From Obrimoposthia wandeli (lineage: Eukaryota): a DNA stretch of 64,000 nt. Within the stretch, counting starts at the first letter, position 1. Every line of letters begins with the position of its first letter. Of the stretch, positions 50,141-62,587 are shown one piece after another. Where the stretch lies: assembly GCA_977020255.1 (NCBI GenBank), contig CDROCS010000506.1, positions 2,232,001 through 2,296,000 of the forward strand, in the 5' to 3' direction. The notes under the pieces were generated by a model. The model was not told the DNA's origin and searched no databases. It was given only the letters and a program-made list of their open reading frames with translations. The position numbers and the translations under genes are program-made.

Positions 50141-50202
50141 TCATATCCATCAACTATACTCTGAGATTTGACGATTACTGATAATCTCTTCTTTTACACC
50201 TT

Positions 50203-50222
50203 ATTGTTACACCTGAGTAAAA
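50203..50222 (+). promoter_or_regulatory. Putative LysR (GfnR-like) box upstream of frmA: ATTGTTAC-N6-GTAAAA
   Basis: Matches the reverse complement of 786-805. Confidence 0.55.
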
Positions 50223-50273
50223 GTAATTTGTATTTTAAGGGTATTATCATTGTAGTGTAATTGAATATAATAA

Positions 50274-51482
<1,209 letters not shown>

Positions 51483-51551
51483 TTAAAATATATTTCGTTA
51501 CTTTATATTTAATAAAAAATAAAGTAACGGAATGACTAGTAAAGGTTTGTC

Positions 51552-52397
51552 ATGTCTATAGAAGTTGTTAGTAGTAATAAAATGTTTGGCGGTTGGCAGC
51601 ATCAATATAATCATGCGTCGAGTGTACTAAACTGTCAGATGCGTTTTGCTGTGTATTTACCACCGCAAGCATCGAATATGCGTAAAGTACCGGTGATGTA
51701 TTGGTTGTCTGGCCTGACATGTACTGATGAGAACTTTATGCAAAAAGCCGGTGCTCAGCGTATTGCTGCTGAACTGGGTATTGCTATCGTGGCACCTGAT
51801 ACTAGTCCGCGTGGCGAAGGTGTACCTGATGATGCTAACCAAGCGTATGACTTCGGTCTAGGTGCTGGATTCTATGTGAATGCAACGCAAGCGCCATGGA
51901 ACACGCATTATCAAATGTACGATTATGTGGTTAATGAATTACCTGCGTTAATCGAAGCAAACTTCCCTGTCACACAAGAGCGTGTAATCAGTGGTCACTC
52001 TATGGGTGGTCATGGTGCATTAGTGATGGCATTACGTAATCCTGAACGTTACAGTTCAGTCACGGCATTTAGCCCGATTAGTAATCCTATTAACTGCCCT
52101 TGGGGACAGAAAGCGTTGCAGAATTACTTAGGTAAAGATAAAGCAACGTGGCAAGAATACGATGCGAGCCTATTAATGGCTAAAGCAGAAACATTCGTAC
52201 CAGCAATGGTAGAGCAAGGTAAAGATGACTCATTCTTGGATGAACAGCTTAAGCCTAATATGTTAACTGCTGCAGCAGCTAAGAAAGGTTACCCTCTCAC
52301 GCTCGAAATGCATGATGGTTATGATCACAGTTATTTCTTTATTGCCACATTCATTGAAAAACATATGCGTTTTCATGCGGCTAATTTAGCTAAATAA
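51552..52397 (+). CDS. fghA: S-formylglutathione hydrolase
   Basis: LSGLTCTDENFMQK, GHSMGGHG, GYDHSYFFIATFI. Confidence 0.97.
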   Translation: MSIEVVSSNKMFGGWQHQYNHASSVLNCQMRFAVYLPPQASNMRKVPVMYWLSGLTCTDENFMQKAGAQRIAAELGIAIVAPDTSPRGEGVPDDANQAYDFGLGAGFYVNATQAPWNTHYQMYDYVVNELPALIEANFPVTQERVISGHSMGGHGALVMALRNPERYSSVTAFSPISNPINCPWGQKALQNYLGKDKATWQEYDASLLMAKAETFVPAMVEQGKDDSFLDEQLKPNMLTAAAAKKGYPLTLEMHDGYDHSYFFIATFIEKHMRFHAANLAK

Positions 52398-52417
52398 TTA
52401 GTGTAAGTAATACCAAT

Positions 52418-52456
52418 AAAAAGGGTGATAGAACTATGTTCTATCACCCTTTTTTT
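52418..52456. terminator. Bidirectional terminator fghA/trmL
   Basis: AAAAAGGGTGATAGAAC-tat-GTTCTATCACCCTTTTTTT. Confidence 0.9.
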
Positions 52457-52481
52457 GTGCTTAAATCTTACTTTAATTAGC

Positions 52482-52946
52482 TTACTTTGAACCAGAAAAA
52501 TCCAATTGACGCCAGCTTTCATAAATAAATACTGATACGGCATTTGATAGGTTCATGCTACGACTTTCTGGTAGCATCGGAATTCTGAGTTTTTGATCTT
52601 GTGGCAATGTATCTAATACTTCTGGCGGTAGGCCACGTGTTTCAGGGCCAAATAATAATACATCACCGGCTTGATATTCAGCTTGATGATGGTATTTAGT
52701 CCCTTTAGTTGTACAAGCAAAAATGCGTGCATCGCCAACACAGTCTAAAAAGGCTTGGTAATTAGCATGACGCTTAACATCGGCAAATTCATGATAATCT
52801 AGTCCCGCACGTTTTACCCTTTTATCATCCCACTCAAAACCAAGCGGTTCAATTAAATGTAATTTGAAACCAGAGTTGGCACAAAGGCGAATAATATTAC
52901 CTGTATTTGGTGGGATCTCAGGTTCAAATAGTGCTACTTGTAACAT
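52482..52946 (-). CDS. trmL: tRNA (cytidine(34)-2'-O)-methyltransferase
   Basis: [42 protein letters not shown]. Confidence 0.97.
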   Translation of the reverse strand: MLQVALFEPEIPPNTGNIIRLCANSGFKLHLIEPLGFEWDDKRVKRAGLDYHEFADVKRHANYQAFLDCVGDARIFACTTKGTKYHHQAEYQAGDVLLFGPETRGLPPEVLDTLPQDQKLRIPMLPESRSMNLSNAVSVFIYESWRQLDFSGSK

Positions 52947-53013
52947 AATTAAGTCTCAGTTCAGGGTTATATAACATTGCTTCTTTGGGTAGAATAGCAA
53001 AATTAACAACCTA

Positions 53014-53274
53014 ATGGTAAAAGTGATGAAAAAGCGTAGTACTTTGATCGTAGCAGCTTTAATTATATTAAGTGCGCTACCGTTTAGCTTAAATATTTTG
53101 ATTAATATGTTTTTTGAAGATCTCGATACTGAAATGTATGAACAGAAAAAAGCGCGCGTAGAGCAACGCCGCCAAATAGAGAAGATGTTCCCAGATCTAG
53201 ACACTAAAGATCCATTACGTCCACAGGTTAAGATTGTAGAAGTAACGGAAGAAATAGCAGAAGAGAAGCAATAA
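53014..53274 (+). CDS. Small membrane-anchored hypothetical protein
   Basis: N-terminal TM and charged C-terminal half; fills the trmL-cpxA gap. Confidence 0.6.
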   Translation: MVKVMKKRSTLIVAALIILSALPFSLNILINMFFEDLDTEMYEQKKARVEQRRQIEKMFPDLDTKDPLRPQVKIVEVTEEIAEEKQ

Positions 53275-53312
53275 GCTTCCCTCCTGTTTTTATTCCGTTA
53301 TGAATAAAGCGA

Positions 53313-54662
53313 TTAACTGATTGGTATAGTAATAGATACTTGTAAACCGTGCGTTTCTCTATTACTTGCCACTATCTCACCGTGATGTTGCCTAATGGCA
53401 TTTTCGGTAATAGCTAACCCAAGTCCAGCCCCTCCTGATTCTCGGTCACGCGCTTGTGATACGCGATAGAAAGGTTTGAATATTTGTTCAACCTCATCAT
53501 CTGGAACACCAGGTCCATCATCTGTTATCACGAAGGTAATTTTATCTGCATCGCTGATAATGGCTAAGTTAACCTGATTTGAAGCATAACGTAGTGCATT
53601 GCGAATCACGTTTTCGACAGCGCTACCGAGTAGAGCAGGAAAACCTTTAATATCTGCATCTGGGATCACTTGATGAGTAAACATTTTTCCAAGTTGTTCC
53701 GCTTCAAATATGGCATCATCACAAATCGGCTGTAATAAGGAATCAAGATTAAACGATTCTTTTGTTGTGGCATTTAATTGCATTTTTGATAAATTTAACA
53801 GCGCCGCAATCATCTCTTCTAAGCGTTCTGACTCATTATCAATACGTAGGATTTCTTTTGTTTCACCATAACGGCGTTTAGATAGTGCCACCGACATCTT
53901 CAATCGCGTTAATGGTGATCTTAGTTCATGAGATATATCACTGAGTAGACGATGCTGAAGTGAGATATGTTCACGAATTGAGAACATCATGGTACGTAAA
54001 CTTCGCGCTAATTCACCGATCTCATCTTGTCTTTGTGTGGCTGGTACGACAGCATCTAAATTACCATCGGTAATATCTGATGCGGTTTTTTTCAATTTTT
54101 GTAATGGCTTAGAAATATGCCATGCCAGTGATGCGCATAATGGCATGCTGACTAACATAGTAATAAAGAGTAATAAAAAAGGTCTGTCTAATACATTAAT
54201 TAACCAAATGTTATGCTCGGCAGGTAATTGCTGCGCTGCGTATAATTGGAATTGCTCCCCACGTAATACGACAGAAATTGGTCCCGTCATTAGCCAGTTT
54301 TTATATTGTTTTACTTTAGGTGATAATGATTCTTCACTTTGTAAAATAAAACGACGGATAGCTTTTGAGGCTTTTGTGCTGGACACTATGTCGCCACTAG
54401 TTGCGACCAAATAAAAATGTTTAGTTTGTGCTTCTTTAGGTGTGATAAGTACCTGCAGAGGCACGCTTGGGTAGCGTTCGGCTGATGTCGCAATATTATG
54501 GGCGATACTGTTTAAGATATTGACTGAGCGTGGGTCAAGTTGTCTCATTACTCGGCTATCGAGCGTCGGTAGCGCAATGACTACTGCAACCACGAGTAGT
54601 AGCATGCACCAAAACCAGACAAAAATTTTAACGAATAAATGATTTAATTTGCTACTAAGCAC
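53313..54662 (-). CDS. cpxA: Envelope stress sensor kinase CpxA
   Basis: LFVKIF.WFW, HAMP domain, ISHELRSPLTRL, ENVIRNALRY, DDGPGV, GGAGLGLAI. Confidence 0.92.
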   Translation of the reverse strand: MLSSKLNHLFVKIFVWFWCMLLLVVAVVIALPTLDSRVMRQLDPRSVNILNSIAHNIATSAERYPSVPLQVLITPKEAQTKHFYLVATSGDIVSSTKASKAIRRFILQSEESLSPKVKQYKNWLMTGPISVVLRGEQFQLYAAQQLPAEHNIWLINVLDRPFLLLFITMLVSMPLCASLAWHISKPLQKLKKTASDITDGNLDAVVPATQRQDEIGELARSLRTMMFSIREHISLQHRLLSDISHELRSPLTRLKMSVALSKRRYGETKEILRIDNESERLEEMIAALLNLSKMQLNATTKESFNLDSLLQPICDDAIFEAEQLGKMFTHQVIPDADIKGFPALLGSAVENVIRNALRYASNQVNLAIISDADKITFVITDDGPGVPDDEVEQIFKPFYRVSQARDRESGGAGLGLAITENAIRQHHGEIVASNRETHGLQVSITIPIS

Positions 54663-54711
54663 GTGTGAACAACCTTATTTTAAAAGTAATCAAAGCGTCG
54701 GTGAGAACCTA

Positions 54712-55404
54712 TTAAGTATCTAACCACATATAGCCGCGGCCACGTAATGTACGAATACGCATCTTTTCATCTGTTCTTTCGGGTAATTTTTTACGTAAAT
54801 TACTTAAATGCATATCAATGCTGCGATCGAATGGCGTTAGTTTTTTACCGAGTACTTGTTCGCTTAGATCGGCTTTAGTTAAAATAATGCCGGGAGAAGA
54901 GATAAGCGTTTCTAGTAGCATCAGTTCGGTGCTGGTTAAATCAAGTAAAATACTTTGGCACCAAGCCTCTTGTGTTCGGCTATTTATTTCTATGTCTAAA
55001 TGGGTTAATAGCTCGGTATTTTTGGTTGTGGTTGGTTCCACTCGACGTAGTACAGCTTTAATTCGTGCGAGTAATTCTCGATCACTGAATGGTTTTGGCA
55101 AATAATCATCAGCCCCCATTTCTAAACCAAGCACACGGTCGATCTCATCCCCTTTTGCTGTCAACATTAATACAGGAGTACTGTTGTCAACACGGAGTTT
55201 TTTTAAAACTTCAAAGCCGTTTAACTTCGGCATCATTACATCTAAAAGTACCATATCATATTGTGTACTTCTGATTGCGGTTAAACCGGCTTCACCATCG
55301 TGTACCATATCAACATCGAAATCTTCGAGGCTAAGAAACTCAGCGAGTAATTCAGCTAGTTCTTTATCGTCATCAATTAATAATAGTTTCGTCATATTAG
55401 GCAC
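54712..55404 (-). CDS. cpxR: Response regulator CpxR
   Basis: LLIDDD.EL..LL.EFL..E.F, LDVMMP, GLEMGADDYLPKPFSDRELLARI, FDRSIDMHLSNLRKKL. Confidence 0.93.
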   Translation of the reverse strand: MPNMTKLLLIDDDKELAELLAEFLSLEDFDVDMVHDGEAGLTAIRSTQYDMVLLDVMMPKLNGFEVLKKLRVDNSTPVLMLTAKGDEIDRVLGLEMGADDYLPKPFSDRELLARIKAVLRRVEPTTTKNTELLTHLDIEINSRTQEAWCQSILLDLTSTELMLLETLISSPGIILTKADLSEQVLGKKLTPFDRSIDMHLSNLRKKLPERTDEKMRIRTLRGRGYMWLDT

Positions 55405-55462
55405 TCAGTTAATTGTTCTTATAGTATTAGGATACTGGGTTAAGCAGTAAATAATTCGAAGA

Positions 55463-55477
55463 TTTACTTTGTTTTAC
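55463..55477. promoter_or_regulatory. CpxR box (TTTAC-TTTGT-TTTAC, i.e. GTAAA-N5-GTAAA on the minus strand)
   Basis: Perfect consensus in the position and orientation of the enterobacterial cpxP promoter box. Confidence 0.75.
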
Positions 55478-55822
55478 ATTTTTATTTCGCGACCACGATA
55501 ATGCTGGTGTGTAGTCAGTTTAACTAAGGCATGGTAATAAACAATGTTATCTGCAATTTAAGTGCAGGAGATTGTGACGAGCTACCATGATTACTTCATT
55601 TACGATTAATTACAGCGTATTTATTATTCTTATTTCAGATTAACTCACTAGTATAAAATATTTAATTGTATCTATGTGTCTTCAATATCGTTAAATAACC
55701 GCAGGATATGTTTATTTAGGCTGTTTAATTTCATTTGTAGCGGTTTTAAGATTAATAACTTGTCGTTGTTTTTCTACTACCCCCGTTTATAATAAACCCA
55801 AGATAATGTAAAAGGTAAACTT

Positions 55823-56713
55823 GTGATAAATCCTAACCATGAAAAATTAATCAAACGCGCCAGTTATGCATCGGTCGCAACCGCTGTGATCTTATTATGC
55901 AGCAAGTTATTTGTGTGGTTTGCCACTGGGTCTTCATCGATACTGGCATCTTTGACTGATTCATTTTTAGATATTGGTGCATCTATTATCAATCTATTTG
56001 CGATTCGCTATGCATTAGAGCCAGCAGATGAGGCGCATCGCTTTGGACATGGCAAGGCTGAGTCGCTAGCTGGATTAGTACAATCAGCATTTATCGTAGG
56101 TTCATCAATCTTACTCATGTTGCATGGTATTAGCGCATTATTAGATCCACAGCCGATTGTCCGTTCAGAACTCGGTATCGCTGTCTCTATTTTTGCATTA
56201 CTGGTGACATTTATATTAATTCGTTATCAGACTTACGTTGTAGCTAAAACAGCTAGTATTGCTATTAAAGCTGATTCACTTCATTACAAATCAGATTTAT
56301 GGCTTAATGCAGCGGTACTTATTGCACTTAGCTTATCTGCATATGGCTTTTATTGGGTTGATGGATTAGCCACAGTACTAATATCCTGCTACATATTATA
56401 CAGTGCTTATGAGATCGGTATGGAGTCAATTCAGACTCTACTGGATCATGAATTGCCCGCTGAAGATATTGCTAAAATAACGACGATCGTTACGAATACT
56501 GAAAATGTACTCGGCTTGCATGAACTACGGACTCGTCAATCAGGTTATATGCGTTTTATTCAATTGCATATTGAATTGGATGATCACCTGACTTTGTTCC
56601 AATCCCACGCTATAGCTGATAGTGTAGAAACTAATTTACTCCGTGAATTTGCGAATACGGAAGTGCTTATTCATCAAGATCCAATTTCAATAGTAAAGAC
56701 GAAAAATGATTAA
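55823..56713 (+). CDS. fieF: CDF family cation efflux transporter FieF
   Basis: ASLTDSFLD, H.FGHGKAESLA, ADSLHYKSD, LRTRQSG...FIQLH, IHQDP. Confidence 0.95.
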   Translation: MINPNHEKLIKRASYASVATAVILLCSKLFVWFATGSSSILASLTDSFLDIGASIINLFAIRYALEPADEAHRFGHGKAESLAGLVQSAFIVGSSILLMLHGISALLDPQPIVRSELGIAVSIFALLVTFILIRYQTYVVAKTASIAIKADSLHYKSDLWLNAAVLIALSLSAYGFYWVDGLATVLISCYILYSAYEIGMESIQTLLDHELPAEDIAKITTIVTNTENVLGLHELRTRQSGYMRFIQLHIELDDHLTLFQSHAIADSVETNLLREFANTEVLIHQDPISIVKTKND

Positions 56714-57530
56714 TACAAACGTGAACTCTAAATGTTGTAAAGGAATGAACATGGAAGATAAACTTTCAATGTCTTGGCTAAAAATTAAAGAAGAAGCTAA
56801 ATTGTTGGTTGAACAGGAACCGATGCTCGCTAGCTTCTTCCATTCAACAATACTTAATCATGATAGTTTGAAATGCTCTTTAAGTTTTCAACTAGCAAAT
56901 AAACTTGGTAGTGCAACCATGCCTGCGATTTTATTACGCGAAGTGATTGAAGAAGCATTAAAAGCTGACCCTACTATTTTGCATTCGGTAGCTGCTGATT
57001 TATGTGCGGTACAAGAACGAGATCCGGCGGTTGAGTATTTCTCTACACCATTATTGTATCTAAAAGGTTTTCTAGCATTACAATCTTACCGAATTGCAAA
57101 CTGGCTGTGGAATCAAAAACGTCAAGCATTAGCCATTTATTTACAGAATCAGATCTCAGTGGTATTTGCTGTCGATATTCACCCTGCAGCAAAAATTGGT
57201 CGAGGTATCATGCTCGATCACGCAACTGGTATTGTTATTGGTGAAACCGCTGTTGTCGAAGACGATGTGTCTATTTTACAAAGTGTGACCTTAGGTGGTA
57301 CCGGTAAAGAAAGTGGTGATCGTCATCCTAAAATTAGAGAAGGTGTGATGATTGGTGCTGGCGCTAAAGTACTTGGTAATATAGAAGTAGGGCGAGGGGC
57401 TAAAGTTGGGGCTGGTAGTGTCGTACTTGATCCAGTACCTGAGCATACCACCGTCGCAGGTGTTCCGGCTAAAGTTGTTGGTAGGCCTGATTCTGATATG
57501 CCGTCATTAGCGATGAATCAAACAATTTGA
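56706..57530 (+). CDS. cysE: Serine O-acetyltransferase (likely start ATG 56751)
   Basis: EPMLASFFH, RDPAV, DIHPAAKIG.GIMLDHATGIVIGETA, GGTGKESGDRHPK. Confidence 0.97.
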   Translation: MINTNVNSKCCKGMNMEDKLSMSWLKIKEEAKLLVEQEPMLASFFHSTILNHDSLKCSLSFQLANKLGSATMPAILLREVIEEALKADPTILHSVAADLCAVQERDPAVEYFSTPLLYLKGFLALQSYRIANWLWNQKRQALAIYLQNQISVVFAVDIHPAAKIGRGIMLDHATGIVIGETAVVEDDVSILQSVTLGGTGKESGDRHPKIREGVMIGAGAKVLGNIEVGRGAKVGAGSVVLDPVPEHTTVAGVPAKVVGRPDSDMPSLAMNQTI

Positions 57531-57678
57531 TGTATAAATGTCAGTGCTCACAAACAAAAACTTAATTCTGCTTGAGCGCATCATAAATTCACTAATAAGA
57601 CTTGTTGTCGGTTGACTAGCGTTGTATTCTTCTAGCTAAGGGATAGGCCCTCTCAGCACAATATTGAATTCTTAAATT

Positions 57679-57918
57679 ATGGGTGACAAAATGAATTTTG
57701 ACGTATTAGATAAATTAGAAAGTAAAGTCCAGACAGCAGTTGATACGATTTCCCTTTTACAAATGGAATTAGAAGAGCTAAAAGAAGAAAATAACCAGCT
57801 ATTAGCAAACAATTCTGAGCTTAAAGGTCAGCAAGATGTGTGGCAAGATCGTTTACGCTCTTTGCTAGGCAGAATGGATGAAGTTCAAGAATTAGAAGAG
57901 TTAGAAGAAGAAGCATAA
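57679..57918 (+). CDS. zapB: Cell division protein ZapB (likely start 57691)
   Basis: [22 protein letters not shown]...[12 protein letters not shown] coiled coil. Confidence 0.93.
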   Translation: MGDKMNFDVLDKLESKVQTAVDTISLLQMELEELKEENNQLLANNSELKGQQDVWQDRLRSLLGRMDEVQELEELEEEA

Positions 57919-57968
57919 TTTGATTCAGAGGTATAGTTGAGAAAACATATACCTCTGTTTCTATGTTT

Positions 57969-58463
57969 TTATTCGATATCAAGTGCATCGGCGGATAATA
58001 TAATGCCTGTACTGTCAGCATAGACATGATCATCTGGTAAAAATGTGACCCCTCCAAAATTGACTGCTACATCAACTTCGCCAGTACGACTATCATCAGC
58101 CCCTACGGGAATTGAAGCTAGGCTCTGAATGCCAATATTAATATCATCTAACTGATCAACTTCTCGTATACTGCCGTAAACAATAATGCCTTCCCATTCA
58201 TTCTCAAATGCCATCTGTGCAATGTCAGAATCAACTAAAGCTCTTCTTAGTGAACCACCGCCATCAATCAGTAATACTTTACCTAAGCCAGGTTGTTGCA
58301 GAGTTTCCTCAATCAAACCTAAACTTTCAAAACATTTAATAGTTGTAATTTGGCCACCAAACGATGACTTACCACCAAAATTCATAAACATCGGTTCAAC
58401 TACATCAATCATATCTGCATATATATCGCATAGTTCAGAAGTATTGTATTCCATGAGCAGCAC
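57969..58463 (-). CDS. rraA: Regulator of RNase E activity RraA (likely start 58454)
   Basis: [44 protein letters not shown]. Confidence 0.96.
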   Translation of the reverse strand: MLLMEYNTSELCDIYADMIDVVEPMFMNFGGKSSFGGQITTIKCFESLGLIEETLQQPGLGKVLLIDGGGSLRRALVDSDIAQMAFENEWEGIIVYGSIREVDQLDDINIGIQSLASIPVGADDSRTGEVDVAVNFGGVTFLPDDHVYADSTGIILSADALDIE

Positions 58464-58672
58464 CTTTTAATAAAGAAAGTTAGGTCATTAGCAATAAATA
58501 ATAGCACCGTTGGCATATAAATTAAGCCTTATTATCCTTGGATAAATCAAAATATGGGTTAGCCCATGAAAATATAGACTGACATTTAATTTATATAAGG
58601 TGAATTACTGATAGTCGGATGTGATGGTCTATTCTTTATGATAATAGAGCAGATCATTACGATGGGGTTGTT

Positions 58673-59536
58673 ATGTCGATTATTAATGCACTCAGTATTA
58701 ACGTAGAAGATTATTTTCAAGCCCCCGCTTATCAATTCAACATAAAAGAAAGCGATTGGGGATTACTTTCTCCTCGCATCGAGTATGCGGTTGATAAGCT
58801 CTTATTATTATTAAGTGACCATCACGTTAAGGCTACATTCTTTGTTTATGGTTGGACGATCTCTCACTTTCCTTCGATGTTAAAAAAAATTGCAGAGCAG
58901 GGACATGAGCTTGCATATAGGCATCATACTCCTGCCTACTCACAGCATTTTAATCAACGAAAGATTATTGATGATTTAAACAAGTATAAAGCTCAGCTCT
59001 CACAAATTATAGGGCGTAGGGTTGTTGGTTACCGAGCGGATACAAAATTATGTCGTTCGACGAATACGTGGTTAGAAAATGAATTAGTGCTGGCTGGTTA
59101 TGAGTATTGTAGTGAGAACCGTGTAGATAGGGCTGATATGCTTCAGGATCCTGTGGGATCTGTATTAGAGGGCTTTCAGCATTTAAACGTATCGACTCAT
59201 CATGTATTAAGTCATAGCTATGAAATTATTAATACGAATAGTATTCGTCTACGAAAATATGAATCAAGTAGTAAATTAGTGAGCAATTTTATAGATATGA
59301 CTAAAACACCTGTGTTAGGAAACCTTTCGACATGGGTAATGGATAACGAGCAACCTAATATTAGAGCGGATAGCTTATTTAAAAAATGGTTACATGGTTA
59401 TCATCTACGTGAGACCCCGCTTATCTTGCATCAGCTATTTTCGGAATATAGTTGGCAAGCAATCAGTGATGTACATCTGCGTAAAGTATTGCAGATAAAT
59501 AGTATCCATAAACGCAAAGGACGCTGTGTCAGTTAA
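58673..59536 (+). CDS. XrtA/PEP-CTERM-type polysaccharide deacetylase homolog (DUF3473) with degenerate catalytic motifs
   Basis: NALSINVEDYFQ, KATFFVYGW, GHELAY, GYRAD. The usual HxxxH metal motif and the first Asp are altered. Confidence 0.75.
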   Translation: MSIINALSINVEDYFQAPAYQFNIKESDWGLLSPRIEYAVDKLLLLLSDHHVKATFFVYGWTISHFPSMLKKIAEQGHELAYRHHTPAYSQHFNQRKIIDDLNKYKAQLSQIIGRRVVGYRADTKLCRSTNTWLENELVLAGYEYCSENRVDRADMLQDPVGSVLEGFQHLNVSTHHVLSHSYEIINTNSIRLRKYESSSKLVSNFIDMTKTPVLGNLSTWVMDNEQPNIRADSLFKKWLHGYHLRETPLILHQLFSEYSWQAISDVHLRKVLQINSIHKRKGRCVS

Positions 59537-60686
59537 TGATAAGGATATTGTGATAATGAAAATATTGCACGTGATAGAAAGTGGTGGTTTTTATGGCGCT
59601 GAAAGAGTTTTAATTGAATTAATGCTAGGACTAAAAGTGCTCGGTCATGATACTGCTTTACTTAGCTTTGGTTATAAAGGGCAAAAAGAGAAAGAGTTTG
59701 AAACTATTTGTCGCAAATACGGTATCGAAGTTAATTCAATGAGGGTAAGTAAATTGGAGTCGCTGTGTATCAATCAATATATAAAAAATTTTGCAGAGAG
59801 TAACAATTTTGATGTTGTCCATTCTCACGGTTATAAATTTAATATACTTTTTGGTTTAATGCCAAAGCGAAATCGTTTTAAATGTATTTGTTCTACCGTA
59901 CACGGTTACGTGACAGCTCCTATAGTTAGCCGAATGGCGCTTTATCAATATCTAGATAAGTATGCATTAAAACAATTGAATCGAATTTTTCTAGTCAGCC
60001 AAAATATGATAAGCCTGCCAAATATTCAAAGCTTAGCGCCAAATCAATATACTGTGATAGAAAATGGCATCGGTGGCTACAGCCCTGAGTGTCCGATTGA
60101 TGATCGATTAAACCATTTTATCCATAATAAAACTACACGATTGATGGCAGCAGGTCGCCTCGCAGCTGAGAAGAACTTTGATGCTCTTATCGAGACATTA
60201 CCTAAATTGATTGAACATGATCCAAACACTGGACTTGTTATATTTGGTTCGGGACCTGAAGAAGAGCGATTACGAAATAAAATAAGGTTATTAGGGTTAG
60301 ATAAGCATGTTCTATTATTTGGTTTTGTGGAGTCACTGCTGAGTTATTTTAATTATTTTGATGTTTTTGTTATGCCTTCTATTACAGAAGGAACGCCTAT
60401 CGCTTTACTTGAAGCTATGCAGGCTAGACTTCCGTGCGTTGTTACTGACGTTGGTGGCATGCCACATATGCTCGGTCACGGTCATGGTGGGTGGATAGTG
60501 CCACCGAAAGATCCGATCGCGTTACAAATAGCCATTTCAAAAAGTTTAATTCGAAGTCACAACCAAATTAAAATTAATGTCTCTTACGATCGTGCCATGC
60601 ATGAATTTAATTATCTGCATATGAGTAGGCAATACGTGGCTGAATATAAAAGTGTGCTCGTCGAGACGTCCTCTTTAATAAAGTAG
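59526..60686 (+). CDS. GT4 glycosyltransferase (likely start ATG 59556)
   Basis: MKILHVIESGGFYGAER, HSHGYK, AGRLAAEKNF, MPSITEGTPIALLEAM, TDVGG. Confidence 0.92.
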   Translation: MSVNDKDIVIMKILHVIESGGFYGAERVLIELMLGLKVLGHDTALLSFGYKGQKEKEFETICRKYGIEVNSMRVSKLESLCINQYIKNFAESNNFDVVHSHGYKFNILFGLMPKRNRFKCICSTVHGYVTAPIVSRMALYQYLDKYALKQLNRIFLVSQNMISLPNIQSLAPNQYTVIENGIGGYSPECPIDDRLNHFIHNKTTRLMAAGRLAAEKNFDALIETLPKLIEHDPNTGLVIFGSGPEEERLRNKIRLLGLDKHVLLFGFVESLLSYFNYFDVFVMPSITEGTPIALLEAMQARLPCVVTDVGGMPHMLGHGHGGWIVPPKDPIALQIAISKSLIRSHNQIKINVSYDRAMHEFNYLHMSRQYVAEYKSVLVETSSLIK

Positions 60687-60805
60687 GCATGTAGTATGTT
60701 TATAATGAATAAAATACGAATCAGATTGTTTTTTGTACATCTAGAGAGGTTTTGAAACGTATCCATCCTGTTTTGAACTATTTAGCTATTCATGAACGAT
60801 AATGC

Positions 60806-60957
60806 TTGATTGGAATCATTAGATCTCTATAATGCGACCTCACTGACACGGCAACAGCCGCTAAGTAAAGGTGTTTATCAGTATCGAAAGTTACTTTTTA
60901 ACTTCCTGAAATAAAGTGCAAATATGTGCTTGACTTCAAAATTGGTTTGCGTAGAAT
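60806..60957 (+). promoter_or_regulatory. rrn P1 and P2 promoters
   Basis: P1 TTGATT-16-TATAAT (60806-60833) with a GC-rich discriminator; P2 TTGACT-16-TAGAAT (60930-60957); boxA TGCTCTTTAACAA at 60994-61006. Confidence 0.85.
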
Positions 60958-61200
60958 ACGCAGCCTGACTACGACGAAAGACGTCAAGGTCAATGCTCTT
61001 TAACAATTTATTCAAGCAATCTGTGTGAGCACTTGCAGAGATATAATGACCAAATATTATATCAATGTAATTGTGAACATTAAATTAAATCGAAAGATTT
61101 GGTTTTATAAACAACAAACTTAGGTTTGTTGTTGAAGTACAGAATTCATTGAGCCGACTTAATCGAATCTACTTGTAGATTGGGTTAGTCAAAAAACTTT

Positions 61201-61488
61201 TAATTGAAGAGTTTGATCATGGCTCAGATTGAACGCTGGCGGTAGGCTTAACACATGCAAGTCGAGCGGAAACGAAGAATAGCTTGCTATTCTGGCGTCG
61301 AGCGGCGGACGGGTGAGTAATGCTTGGGAATCTGCCTAGTCGAGGGGGACAACAGTTGGAAACGACTGCTAATACCGCATACGACCTACGGGTGAAAGGG
61401 GGCCTCTTCTTGAAAGCTCTCGCGACTAGATGAGCCCAAGTGGGATTAGCTTGTTGGTGAGGTAAGAGCTCACCAAGGCGACGATCCC

Positions 61489-61571
<83 letters not shown>

Positions 61572-61699
61572 CACAATGGGCGAAAGCCTGATGCAGCCAT
61601 ACCGCGTGTATGAAGAAGGCCTTCGGGTTGTAAAGTACTTTCAGCGAGGAGGAAAGGTAGCAGCTTAATACGTTGTTACTGTGACGTTACTCGCAGAAG

Positions 61700-61755
<56 letters not shown>

Positions 61756-61978
61756 ATCGGAATTACTGGGCGTAAAGCGCATGCAGGCGGTTTGTTAAGC
61801 GAGATGTGAAAGCCCCGGGCTCAACCTGGGAACTGCATTTCGAACTGGCAAACTAGAGTTCTTGAGAGGGTGGTAGAATTTCAGGTGTAGCGGTGAAATG
61901 CGTAGAGATCTGAAGGAATACCAGTGGCGAAGGCGGCCACCTGGCAAGTAACTGACGCTCAGATGCGAAAGCGTGGGT

Positions 61979-62012
<34 letters not shown>

Positions 62013-62118
62013 CGTAAACGATGTCTACTCGGAGTTTGGTTCCTTGAGAACTGGGCTCTTAAGCTAACGCATTAAGTAGACCGCCTGGGGAGTACGGCCG
62101 CAAGGTTAAAACTCAAAT

Positions 62119-62189
<71 letters not shown>

Positions 62190-62245
62190 CTCTTGACATC
62201 CACAGAATCTGGTAGAGATACCTCAGTGCCTTCGGGAACTGTGAG

Positions 62246-62277
<32 letters not shown>

Positions 62278-62283
62278 TGTGAA

Positions 62284-62319
<36 letters not shown>

Positions 62320-62359
62320 TCCTTATTTGCCAGCACGTAATGGTGGGAACTCTAAGGAG

Positions 62360-62412
<53 letters not shown>

Positions 62413-62587
62413 CTTACGAGTAGGGCTACACACGTGCTACAATGGCGCATACAAAGGGCTGCAAACCAGCGATGGTAAGCGAATCCCATAAAGTGCGTCG
62501 TAGTCCGGATTGGGGTCTGCAACTCGACCCCATGAAGTCGGAATCGCTAGTAATCGTGAATCAGAATGTCACGGTGAATACGTTCCT

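Noticed and set aside
55525-55590. Short ORF MVINNVICNLSAGDCDELP as a cpxP remnant
   Set aside because: No signal peptide or LTxxQ motif, and no resemblance to CpxP.
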